Below are positions 21,241 to 29,608 of a DNA stretch of 64,000 nt, one piece after another. The number at the start of each line of letters is the position of its first letter. Within the stretch, counting starts at the first letter, position 1. A model generated the notes under the pieces. That model worked only from the letters and a program-made list of their open reading frames with translations. It was not told the DNA's origin and made no database searches. Origin of the DNA: an uncultured Lentimicrobiaceae bacterium (GTDB taxonomy: Bacteria; Bacteroidota; Bacteroidia; Bacteroidales; DASVHX01); the NCBI GenBank assembly GCA_964511085.1, contig CAZEDO010000004.1, forward strand, positions 1,642 through 65,641, in the 5' to 3' direction. The position numbers and the translations under genes are program-made.

Positions 21241-22584
21241 TTATTTAACACCAAGTAGTTCAACATCAAAAACCAATGTTGAATACGCAGGTATATTATC
21301 TCCCATAGCCTGAGAACCATAGCCAAGTTTCGAAGGCACTATTAGTTTAGCTTTCCCTCCAACTTGCATTAAAGCAACACCTTCGTCCCAACCTGGGATA
21401 ACCTGCCCTTGCCCTAATACAAAGTCTAAAGGCTTTTTCTTATCAACTGATGAGTCAAAAACTGTTCCGTTAAGCAACCTTCCTGTGTAATGAACACTAA
21501 CACTTTTTCCTTTCACTGCTTTTGCTCCACTTCCTTTTTTAACTTCTATATAATAGAGTCCACTGGCCAATGGTTTTGCTGTTATATTATTATCCTTAAG
21601 ATATTTTTGCAACATCCCAGTTTCCTCTGTTTTAGCCTTTGCTGCATCCTGTTCCACTTTTTTCTGTGCTACTGCCTTTTCTTTGTCGTATTGAGCTTTG
21701 GTAGTAACATCAACAACTTCTACATCATACAATAGAGTTGAATAAGGGGCTACCATTTGACCTCTGCCCTGCTCTCCAAATGCGAGGCTTGAAGGAACGA
21801 TGACTTTTGCTTTACCTCCTTTTTTCATCAAACCAACAGCTTCCTCTAATCCTTTGTTTTCAAATGGTTTACCAAATTCAACTGGCATAGGCCCGCCATT
21901 TTGAATAGTCGAAAACAACTCCTTGCCTTCAATTAATGAAACGCTGAAGTTTAACTTTACCATGTCACCCTTAGCAATACTCTTCCCGGTTCCAGCTTTT
22001 GTCTCGGTAAAGTATAATCCTGAAGGCAATGGCTTTGTTGTAATATTATTCGCAGCAAGATATTTGTTCAGTTTTTCAGGTTCAGCCTTTTGCAGTATAG
22101 CTGCTTCTGCTTTTCTTGCTTTCTCAATTTGTTCAGTTGATTCGATATTCACGACTTTAATGTCGAAATACAACATTGTTGTACTATCAATAATTTTGGG
22201 AACTTCAGGATAACGTGCTGTTTTGATATAAAAGGAGTCTGCTTTAATAACAAAAGTAACACTATCGCCTTTATGAACCATTGCCAAAGCTTCATAAAGA
22301 TCACCTTTATAACCAGGTTTTGTAAGAGGAACAATGAAATCCTTCTTATTATCTTTACTGTCATACAACACCGAATCTTTTTCATTGACTTTAGTTCTCC
22401 AGCGAATCTTAAGAGTCATAAGGTTTCCTTCAACTGGTTTCAAAGAGTCCTTGTTTTCAGTATAAAACTTATAATAAATGCCTGAATCCGTTTTGGTAAA
22501 ACCCGGATACTTGGAATTACAGGCAATAAAAAATAGCGAAACCGCTACTATTGCCGAAAAAGAAATCAAAATCCTTTTTTTCAT
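21241..22584 (-). CDS. multi-domain FKBP-type peptidyl-prolyl cis-trans isomerase, lipoprotein
   Basis: Lipobox (FFIACN) and repeated FKBP modules, including GQGQVIPGWDEGVALM. Confidence 0.85.
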   Translation of the reverse strand: MKKRILISFSAIVAVSLFFIACNSKYPGFTKTDSGIYYKFYTENKDSLKPVEGNLMTLKIRWRTKVNEKDSVLYDSKDNKKDFIVPLTKPGYKGDLYEALAMVHKGDSVTFVIKADSFYIKTARYPEVPKIIDSTTMLYFDIKVVNIESTEQIEKARKAEAAILQKAEPEKLNKYLAANNITTKPLPSGLYFTETKAGTGKSIAKGDMVKLNFSVSLIEGKELFSTIQNGGPMPVEFGKPFENKGLEEAVGLMKKGGKAKVIVPSSLAFGEQGRGQMVAPYSTLLYDVEVVDVTTKAQYDKEKAVAQKKVEQDAAKAKTEETGMLQKYLKDNNITAKPLASGLYYIEVKKGSGAKAVKGKSVSVHYTGRLLNGTVFDSSVDKKKPLDFVLGQGQVIPGWDEGVALMQVGGKAKLIVPSKLGYGSQAMGDNIPAYSTLVFDVELLGVK

Positions 22585-22614
22585 GATTAAATTTACGTTT
22601 GGTTTAGTTATGAA

Positions 22615-23166
22615 TTAATTTAATCCGAGCAAATGAACATCGTAAACTAATGTTGATTTTCCCGGAATTTTGTCCTGATCGCCAATGAGCCCAAAAGCGA
22701 GGTGCGAAGGTAGTATAAATTTTGCTTTATCTCCTACGTGCAACAGCAAAATTCCTTCTTCAAGACCGCTTTCCACGCCTCCACTTCCGATTTTAAATTC
22801 CTTAGGGCCAGTCCTTTGAGATGAATAACAAATTTCACCTGAGATAAGCCGGCATTCAAATTCAATTTTTGCAATCTTTCCATTGATGGCTTGTTCGCCA
22901 TTACCTTCCAGAAAAATAGAGTATCTCAAGCCAGTACCAGTCTGTTTCATCTGCCATCCCATTCGTTTAATATAGTCCCGTATATGTTCATCCTCAGCAT
23001 GAACAGCTTTTTTATTAGCATTAATAAGAGGTTCACTCGTGTAGGATGTATTTTTCTGCATCTGTTCTGGTGCAGGCCTTTCCCCGCATCCTGATATCAG
23101 ACTGCAACAAGTTGTTGACACAAAGAAAAGTGATATATATCCGAATCGGAAAAATATTTTGGCCAT
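22615..23166 (-). CDS. FKBP-type peptidyl-prolyl cis-trans isomerase, lipoprotein
   Basis: Lipobox (LISGC) and an FKBP C-terminal domain (IGSGGVESGLEEGILLL ... LVYDVHLL). Confidence 0.8.
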   Translation of the reverse strand: MAKIFFRFGYISLFFVSTTCCSLISGCGERPAPEQMQKNTSYTSEPLINANKKAVHAEDEHIRDYIKRMGWQMKQTGTGLRYSIFLEGNGEQAINGKIAKIEFECRLISGEICYSSQRTGPKEFKIGSGGVESGLEEGILLLHVGDKAKFILPSHLAFGLIGDQDKIPGKSTLVYDVHLLGLN

Positions 23167-23180
23167 TTATTCCTTTCTAT

Positions 23181-24191
23181 TTAGCACTTTATTCCAAAAT
23201 AATCAGGAAGTAATTCCTCAAACTTCCGCAAGGTTTCTTTCATATTTATAAAGGAATCGCCTCCTGCAGCATTCCTGTGACCGCCTCCTGCATAATGCTT
23301 ACGGGCAAATTCGTTTACCGAGAATTCTCCTTTTGACCTGAAAGAAATCCTTATCCTATCGTTGCGCTCTGTAAACAAAGCAGCCAGGGTTATTCCTTCT
23401 ATTGAAAGCGCATAGTTTACAACACCCTCAGTATCTCCAATTTGGTGATCAAACCGATCTAAGTCACTTTGCATAAGCCAGATATATGCTGTTTTATAGT
23501 TGTGAAGAACTACAAGCCGGTCGCAGAGGCAAAATCCCAGTAATCGCATCCTGTTCTCTGAATAAGTATCATATACAAGCCTGTGAATATGCTCTGCATC
23601 AATACCTTTATTAATTAAGCTGGCAGTAATTTCATACGTTTGACTGAAATTGCAGGCATAACTAAACGATCCAGTATCTGTCATAATGCCAACATACAGG
23701 CACTCTGCTACATTTTTATTAATCTGCTTCTCATAACCCAAACCAATAATAAACTCGTAAAGGAGTTCGCACGTAGATGAAATATTGATGCGGGAATGGA
23801 CGAAATCAAATTCGTCAGCTGGATCTATATGATGATCAATCAATACTTTAGTAGCTTTAGCATCTTGCAGTTGTTTTGTAAAATGCTTAACCCGCGACAT
23901 TGAATTATAATCAAGGCAAAATATCATTTGCGCTTTACTAATCAAGGAATCGCATTGTTCACTATTGTTCTCATAGATTATCATTTTTTCATTAGCAGGC
24001 AGCCATTTAAGAAAAGAAGGGTAATCATTTGGAATAATAACTTTCACGTCACAGCCTAAAAGTGTAAGTAAATGATACAGAGCCAATGACGATCCGATAG
24101 CATCGCCGTCAGGGTTATAATGGGTTGTGATTACAATCTCTTTAGAATCGCGTACCTGATCACTTATTTGATTAAATTGTATTGGATCCAA
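23181..24191 (-). CDS. nrnA: DHH/DHHA1 family phosphoesterase (NrnA-like oligoribonuclease/pAp phosphatase)
   Basis: Motifs DGDAIGS, LIDHHI (DHH) and GGGHRNAAG (DHHA1). Confidence 0.75.
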   Translation of the reverse strand: MDPIQFNQISDQVRDSKEIVITTHYNPDGDAIGSSLALYHLLTLLGCDVKVIIPNDYPSFLKWLPANEKMIIYENNSEQCDSLISKAQMIFCLDYNSMSRVKHFTKQLQDAKATKVLIDHHIDPADEFDFVHSRINISSTCELLYEFIIGLGYEKQINKNVAECLYVGIMTDTGSFSYACNFSQTYEITASLINKGIDAEHIHRLVYDTYSENRMRLLGFCLCDRLVVLHNYKTAYIWLMQSDLDRFDHQIGDTEGVVNYALSIEGITLAALFTERNDRIRISFRSKGEFSVNEFARKHYAGGGHRNAAGGDSFINMKETLRKFEELLPDYFGIKC

Positions 24192-24310
24192 AATCAGACA
24201 TTTTTAGGTTCATATTATTTCTTTAGCTTTGCCGCTTCAAAGGTATCAACTTTATTTATATTAACATTCAGCAAGCAATAACACAAATTATTAAACATCA
24301 ATTACATACA

Positions 24311-24730
24311 ATGGCAAACAATATTACTTTTACTATGATTAAGCCAGATGCTGTTAAAAAAGGCAACATTGGCAATATATTAGCCCTTTTCAATAAAAGT
24401 GGATTCAAAATCTTAGGATTAAAGTATCTGCAAATTACTGAAAATCAAGCTAAACAATTTTACATTGTTCACAAAGAGCGACCTTTTTACAATGAACTTG
24501 TAGCTTTTATGTCGGAAGGGCCGATTGTTGCAGCCATTCTCGAAAAAGACAATGCTGTTGAAGATTTTCGCAAAGTAATTGGTTCTACCAATCCGGCTGA
24601 TGCAGCTGATGGAACTGTCCGCAAATTATATGGAGCCAGCATTCAAAATAATGCTGTTCACGGATCTGATAGTGATGAAAATGCCCAAATTGAAAGCGAT
24701 TTTTTCTTTTCAAAATTAGAAAGATTCTAA
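24311..24730 (+). CDS. ndk: nucleoside-diphosphate kinase
   Basis: 139 aa, [10 protein letters not shown]-terminus and active-site NAVHGSDS. Confidence 0.95.
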   Translation: MANNITFTMIKPDAVKKGNIGNILALFNKSGFKILGLKYLQITENQAKQFYIVHKERPFYNELVAFMSEGPIVAAILEKDNAVEDFRKVIGSTNPADAADGTVRKLYGASIQNNAVHGSDSDENAQIESDFFFSKLERF

Positions 24731-25299
24731 TTGCCAGGCGAATAGGCCACAAATGTATGATCATCGTATAACACTATGATCTGAGCAATACTGCCTTCTT
24801 TATTACTCTTCCTGCTAACAGTATCTTTTCGTGATTCATCTTTGAATGCTACCCTGGGCTGAGTTTTATCCTGCATAGGCTGATTTTCATCAATAGCGAG
24901 ATTAGCTTGCGTTTGCACACGGCTGTTTCCATTTTCAAGTGGATATTCCTGCTGTATTTCATAGATATTGGCTTCCGCCACAACTGAAGGAGCTTGATTA
25001 AGTATTTCATCCTTAGGCAAAGTTTCATAGTCAGGCTTCAGTTTATCCGTATTTTCCAATGATCGTGTCTGAGAATCAAAAAGATTAAGTTCCCTTACCA
25101 TTTCTCCTTTTCCGAATAATAACCATTCAGAACTCACTTCGGGAAACCTTTGAAGGGTTTTCTGTATCAGATCGAGGCTTGGTTTATTTCTACCCGACAT
25201 CAGGTGTGAGATACTTGAACGTTGCACACCAATTTCATCGGCAAATTGTGCAGCCGATAAATTTTTGGCTTTTATAAGCAATGAGATGCGATCAGTCAT
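24727..25299 (-). CDS. XRE-family helix-turn-helix transcriptional regulator
   Basis: N-terminal HTH ([30 protein letters not shown]). The C-terminal ~120 aa are unassigned. Its stop overlaps the ndk stop by 4 nt (convergent genes). Confidence 0.75.
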   Translation of the reverse strand: MTDRISLLIKAKNLSAAQFADEIGVQRSSISHLMSGRNKPSLDLIQKTLQRFPEVSSEWLLFGKGEMVRELNLFDSQTRSLENTDKLKPDYETLPKDEILNQAPSVVAEANIYEIQQEYPLENGNSRVQTQANLAIDENQPMQDKTQPRVAFKDESRKDTVSRKSNKEGSIAQIIVLYDDHTFVAYSPGN

Positions 25300-25357
25300 A
25301 GGGTTGAAGTATTACATTCTTATACAACAAAAGTAACACATATTGTAACAAGTCATA

Positions 25358-25365
25358 CAAATGTA
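25358..25365 (-). promoter_or_regulatory. Bacteroidota -7 promoter box TACATTTG (TAnnTTTG) upstream of the XRE gene
   Basis: The reverse complement of CAAATGTA is TACATTTG, about 60 nt upstream of the ATG at 25299. Confidence 0.35.
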
Positions 25366-25658
25366 GTAATCATAAATTCTTTTACTAGCTGGTGTGTTAA
25401 TATTGTTAATTACATTAAGTAAAGGCTTATGTAAAGTTATCTAAATGATTGAATATATTATATATACATATATTTATATTATATATTTTTCATTTATATC
25501 AGTTTATATACTATAATTGAAGTAATAATATATATAAGTTATATAAACTACTGAATATAAGATAATAAACTCTTTTTGATAGGTCTAATTTCATTTGGTT
25601 TACATATGTGATTTATTGACGCCAGTCTTACTGAAACAAATAGACAAAAATTTTTCGT

Positions 25659-25746
25659 TACATTTGTATGTTGTAAATGATAAGTTATATATTATGAGCT
25701 ATATAACTATATTGCCTGTGTAACAGTCATCCATTTGTTACATTTG
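25659..25746 (+). promoter_or_regulatory. two TACATTTG boxes flanking the inverted repeat AGTTATATA-N8-TATATAACT
   Basis: The boxes are at 25659-25666 and 25739-25746, each embedded in GTTACATTTGTA (inverted half-sites TTACA/TGTAA). The inverted repeat spans 25683-25708. Confidence 0.3.
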
Positions 25747-26057
25747 TAAATTACAATTGTTATTTCGTTACTTTTCTGTAATAATATGTCATATCACAAT
25801 TGATGTTTACTTTCTCACTGCAGTATATATTTTATTGTTGAACTTCATTTTTATGACTGTCCATAAGTGCCCATAGCTAAGATATATGAGACTTTTTTCA
25901 GGCGGAGTCATAAAACCTCTACAATTTATGATCAATCTCTAATTATTTATCTTTTTAGTGTTATAGATTCTTTTGTTCCGAGTAAGTATGACAAATCAAC
26001 AAAATCAATGCTTCTGTATTCTTTTCAGTATCTCTGGCATGTAGGAGCGTTATTTAT

Positions 26058-26089
26058 TTTGGACTTTGCTGTATAAAATTGTACATTTG
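26058..26089 (+). promoter_or_regulatory. candidate promoter of the plus-strand zinc-ribbon genes
   Basis: TTTG at 26058-26061 and TACATTTG at 26082-26089 have the spacing expected for the Bacteroidota -33/-7 consensus. The site is about 95 nt upstream of the ATG at 26183. Confidence 0.4.
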
Positions 26090-26182
26090 CTACACTCTCC
26101 CATTATATCCTTTTGCTTTTGTTGGAATTACTAAATAGAAAAATAACTATTAATTAATCATTAACCACAAAACAAAACGCTT

Positions 26183-26986
26183 ATGAAATTCTGTCCGAAT
26201 TGCGGTGCAGAGCTGAAACCGGAAGCCAAATTCTGTGCAGCCTGCGGAACACCAATTGCAATAACAACACCTCCGCCTGTGCAGCCAATGGCTCAGCCCC
26301 AAGCCTATTATCAGCAGCAGGATCTTGGGTATGAACAAGCTAAAGATGCTACAAGTGCCTTTAGAGATGCTGTTACAGGTAATACAAACCTGATGCAGCG
26401 TGTTATCGGTATTATAATCAAACCTAAGCAGGAATGGAATGTAATAGCGGGAGAACAGCCAAACGTAATGAAACTGATCGGCGGATATGCATTGATTCTC
26501 GCATTAATACCTGCAGTTTCTGCTTTTATTAAATATGGAATTATCGGTTTTTCTTTCATGGGATATACATCCCGGAGCATTTCATCAGGAATTCAAACAG
26601 GGCTTATACAATTACTCTCAGCAGTTATAGGAGTTTATTTGCTGGCATGGGTAATTGATCTGCTGGCTCCTTCATTTGATTCAGAAAAAAACTTCGGACG
26701 GTCTCTACAGTTGGCAGTGTATTCATCTACACCGCAATGGGTTGCCGGAATTCTATTGCTTTTGTCCACCAGCATGAGTATGCTTATTATGCTATTCGGG
26801 CTTTATGCTATTTACCTGCTAGCTGTTGGAATGCCTGTATTGAAAAGAACACCGAGGGAGAAAGTTGTTGGATATGTGATAGTAACGATTATTGCAATGG
26901 TGGTTATTGCACTCGTGATGGCACTAATTATGGCTGCAATTGTGGGACTTTTCATTGCAGGCAGTTATGGCGGTTCGGGATTATAA
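26183..26986 (+). CDS. zinc-ribbon protein fused to a Yip1-like polytopic membrane domain
   Basis: N-terminal MKFCPNCGAELKPEAKFCAACG, a P/Q-rich linker, then about five hydrophobic helices resembling Yip1/DUF1282-type domains (call from memory). Confidence 0.7.
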   Translation: MKFCPNCGAELKPEAKFCAACGTPIAITTPPPVQPMAQPQAYYQQQDLGYEQAKDATSAFRDAVTGNTNLMQRVIGIIIKPKQEWNVIAGEQPNVMKLIGGYALILALIPAVSAFIKYGIIGFSFMGYTSRSISSGIQTGLIQLLSAVIGVYLLAWVIDLLAPSFDSEKNFGRSLQLAVYSSTPQWVAGILLLLSTSMSMLIMLFGLYAIYLLAVGMPVLKRTPREKVVGYVIVTIIAMVVIALVMALIMAAIVGLFIAGSYGGSGL

Positions 26987-27095
26987 ACCAATCTGCAAGT
27001 TGCCTGCATAGTTACATACCTTTTCTTTTAATACTATTTCTTCAGAAAATCTTCTGAAAGGCTTTTGTTCCTAGACTATTTAAAACTTTTTTGCC

Positions 27096-28490
27096 ATGAA
27101 ATTTTGCCCTCAATGCGGAACGACATTTGACACTGGGGTTCGTTTCTGCCAGGAATGTGGTTTCGACAGATCAACCGTTGAAACTGCTGAAGAAACGATG
27201 ACCAATACATCAGGAAATAATAGTGCTGAAACACTGCCTACCGCTTCTGTTACAGCGCAAGTTACAGCAGTCCATCCGGAAGTTAAACCTGGTTGTCCTA
27301 AATGCGGCAGTAACCTGGTTTCGGGCGATCGTTTTTGCCAGGAATGCGGCTTCGATACAACCGGTATCATTGCGCCCGGGCATGAAGTTTTTGAACCGCC
27401 CCAACCGAATGTGGATGATAAAGTCATCGCTACTGCATCTCTGGAGAAGGAACCTGTTTCATTATTAGAAAAAAAGCAATTTTGTCCGCAATGTGGAACA
27501 ACCATTACTTCCGGCGACCGTTTCTGCCCTGACTGTGGTTTTGATACAGTGACAGATCAATCTACCGGCGAAATAAAATCCAGTTCTGCTGATCAGCAGA
27601 AGGTAGTTCCCAAACCTGAACCTACAGCAGCTCCAACTCAAAAACATAAAAAGGTAATTCCCCCTGCTGCAACTGCTTATGCACCACCAGCGAGTCCGGC
27701 TAAACCTGTAGCTCAACAGAAAAGCAAGAAGCTGTGGTTATGGATTGCACTTATTGTTATTGGGGTAGGCGCTCTTGGGACCGCAGGGTGGTTTGGATAT
27801 AACAGGTATATCGCTGCGCCAAAAGAGAGTTCTGTTGATACTGTTGCAAAAGCTGTTGTCCAGGAAATTGCTGTCCCTGATACAAGTTCAATAAAGACCG
27901 AAGTTTCAGAACCTGCTGTAGAAGCTTTACCAGAGCAGACTGTAGCAAGTATTAAACCTCCTGAAAGAATTAATAAGGAAATTGCAAAGCCAAAAAGTAA
28001 ACAGCAAACAAAAGCGGCACAGCCAAACAAACCAACACAAGAACCTGCAACTCCAACACAGCAATCAAAGCCCGATTTAGGAATAAAAGCGATCTCTTTC
28101 AATACAGGCAACAATCACATTTCTAAGGTAATTATGGAAGTAGGCCGGAAAGATGATTCAAAAAATAAGAGCCCTAAAAATCCAACACGGATAACAATCA
28201 GTGAATCTACGATGGTTGTCCGGATTACCACTGATCACTATAATGGAGGATCGGGAACAGCTACAGCAGGAAGTATCTCGATAAAAGGTGAAAATGGAAA
28301 CGTGATAGGGACCTATAAAGCAATTGGAAACGGGGGCAAAAATGGAGTTCCAAATTCAAAATGGGTAGCTGAACCAAAAATTTTACTTGCGAAAGGAACT
28401 TACTTTATCTGGGACTCCGATATGGGAACATGGTCGAAAAATATACTTGGTGTTGGCTTTGTTATGGTGGAAGGATATGAGATTCCTTAG
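27096..28490 (+). CDS. triple zinc-ribbon, single-pass membrane protein with a small beta-rich C-terminal domain
   Basis: Three CPxCG-x8-RFCxxCGFD modules (aa 4-24, 67-88, 129-150), a TM helix LWLWIALIVIGVGALGTAGWFGY, a long P/Q/K-rich linker, and a ~130-aa C-terminal domain of unknown type. Confidence 0.7.
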   Translation: MKFCPQCGTTFDTGVRFCQECGFDRSTVETAEETMTNTSGNNSAETLPTASVTAQVTAVHPEVKPGCPKCGSNLVSGDRFCQECGFDTTGIIAPGHEVFEPPQPNVDDKVIATASLEKEPVSLLEKKQFCPQCGTTITSGDRFCPDCGFDTVTDQSTGEIKSSSADQQKVVPKPEPTAAPTQKHKKVIPPAATAYAPPASPAKPVAQQKSKKLWLWIALIVIGVGALGTAGWFGYNRYIAAPKESSVDTVAKAVVQEIAVPDTSSIKTEVSEPAVEALPEQTVASIKPPERINKEIAKPKSKQQTKAAQPNKPTQEPATPTQQSKPDLGIKAISFNTGNNHISKVIMEVGRKDDSKNKSPKNPTRITISESTMVVRITTDHYNGGSGTATAGSISIKGENGNVIGTYKAIGNGGKNGVPNSKWVAEPKILLAKGTYFIWDSDMGTWSKNILGVGFVMVEGYEIP

Positions 28491-28611
28491 AATTCAGGGA
28501 TTCGGACTTTATTATTGACTCAGATAACGAAATAAAAAATATCATCACTAAATAAGAAATCTATTCAACTTCTTTAACCATCTGGTATTAACAAATTTTA
28601 AAATATAAACA

Positions 28612-29487
28612 ATGGCATTTTGTAGCAATTGCGGAGCCCGGCTAATAGAGGGTGCAGTATTCTGTCCTGAATGTGGGACAAAAAATTCTTTCAATACTAC
28701 TCCTGTGCAACAAACACAGACACAACCTCATGTCCCACCTCCTGTTCCGCAACAACCGGCATATCAACCTCCGCCACAGCCGGAGAGAGTTGCGATACAG
28801 TTTGGAGCATTAAAATTTGAGGTGGTTGAAAAAGAAACTTTAAAATTCCTGAAAGTTGAATTTGATAATAATGCTGTCCGTTACGAATCGGGTGGCATGT
28901 ATTATATGCAGGGCAACCTTGAACTGGAGGCTAATCTTCCATCAGCAGGTGGTTTTCTGAAATCGATGGTCACACGTGAAAGCGTGGTTAAGCCAGTGAT
29001 AAAGGGAAGCGGAACTGTTTGGTTCGAACCTACATTTGGCAATTATACAATAATGGACCTCAAAGGAGAAGAATGGATACTTGACAAAGGTGCTTACTTT
29101 GCTTCGGAAATGGGCATCGAAATAGGTTCGTTTACCAACAAATCAATTTCAGGACTTTTCTCCGGTGAAGGTTTTTTTCAAACAAAAGTTTCAGGTGCAG
29201 GCAAAATTGTGATATTATCAAACGGACCACTGGAAACGATAGAGCTAAATAACGGCAAACTTGTTGTTGATGGTTCCTTTGCAGTAGCAAGGCAGGCAAG
29301 TGTTCAACTTACTGTTGCAAGAGCCAGCAAAGGCATGTTTGGGTCTATGATTTCGGGCGAAGGCATTGTAAATACCTTCACGGGAACCGGAAAAGTACTT
29401 ATTGCACCGGCTGCTAACAAGTATATTACTATGATCAACTATTTATCGAGCATCCATCAGAGGGTGATGCAGATTAAGAATTCCTGA
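28612..29487 (+). CDS. zinc-ribbon protein fused to an AIM24/DUF124-like domain (no TM predicted)
   Basis: N-terminal MAFCSNCGARLIEGAVFCPECG, a P/Q-rich linker, then ~220 aa with AIM24-like patterns (GGMYYMQGNLELEA, GEGFFQTKVSGAGKIVILSNG, LVVDGSFAVA). Confidence 0.7.
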   Translation: MAFCSNCGARLIEGAVFCPECGTKNSFNTTPVQQTQTQPHVPPPVPQQPAYQPPPQPERVAIQFGALKFEVVEKETLKFLKVEFDNNAVRYESGGMYYMQGNLELEANLPSAGGFLKSMVTRESVVKPVIKGSGTVWFEPTFGNYTIMDLKGEEWILDKGAYFASEMGIEIGSFTNKSISGLFSGEGFFQTKVSGAGKIVILSNGPLETIELNNGKLVVDGSFAVARQASVQLTVARASKGMFGSMISGEGIVNTFTGTGKVLIAPAANKYITMINYLSSIHQRVMQIKNS

Positions 29488-29515
29488 CACACCAATTCAA
29501 CCTCCTTTAAACGTA

Positions 29516-29560
29516 AAACCGCTTGTCCGATTTGAATCAGACAGGCGGTTTCACTTTTTG
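29516..29560. terminator. hairpin terminator shared by the convergent zinc-ribbon gene blocks
   Basis: 12-bp stem AAACCGCTTGTC / GACAGGCGGTTT (one G-U pair), followed by a T-rich tract. Confidence 0.55.
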
Positions 29561-29608
29561 CTTAAGCATATAAAACACATATTTCTGAAACACATTTGCT
29601 GTAAAAAA

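Noticed and set aside
21030-21326. 98-aa minus-strand ORF spanning the terminator between the kinase and FKBP genes
   Set aside because: It overlaps the 3' end of the FKBP gene in another frame and runs through a bidirectional terminator hairpin. There are no motifs.
25867-26076. 69-aa ORF inside the AT-rich control region
   Set aside because: It has a GTG start and a low-complexity, Ile/Phe/Ser-rich translation, and it sits in AT-rich DNA where open frames arise by chance. It could still be part of a transcribed leader, but I do not call it a CDS.
27110-28114. Chain of antisense ORFs (27110-27505, 27465-27716, 27713-28114, 27757-27948) opposite the triple zinc-ribbon gene
   Set aside because: They lie entirely within a plus-strand gene that has clear motif structure. 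Their translations are low-complexity and Cys/Ser/Gly-rich with no motifs, which is typical of shadow ORFs.
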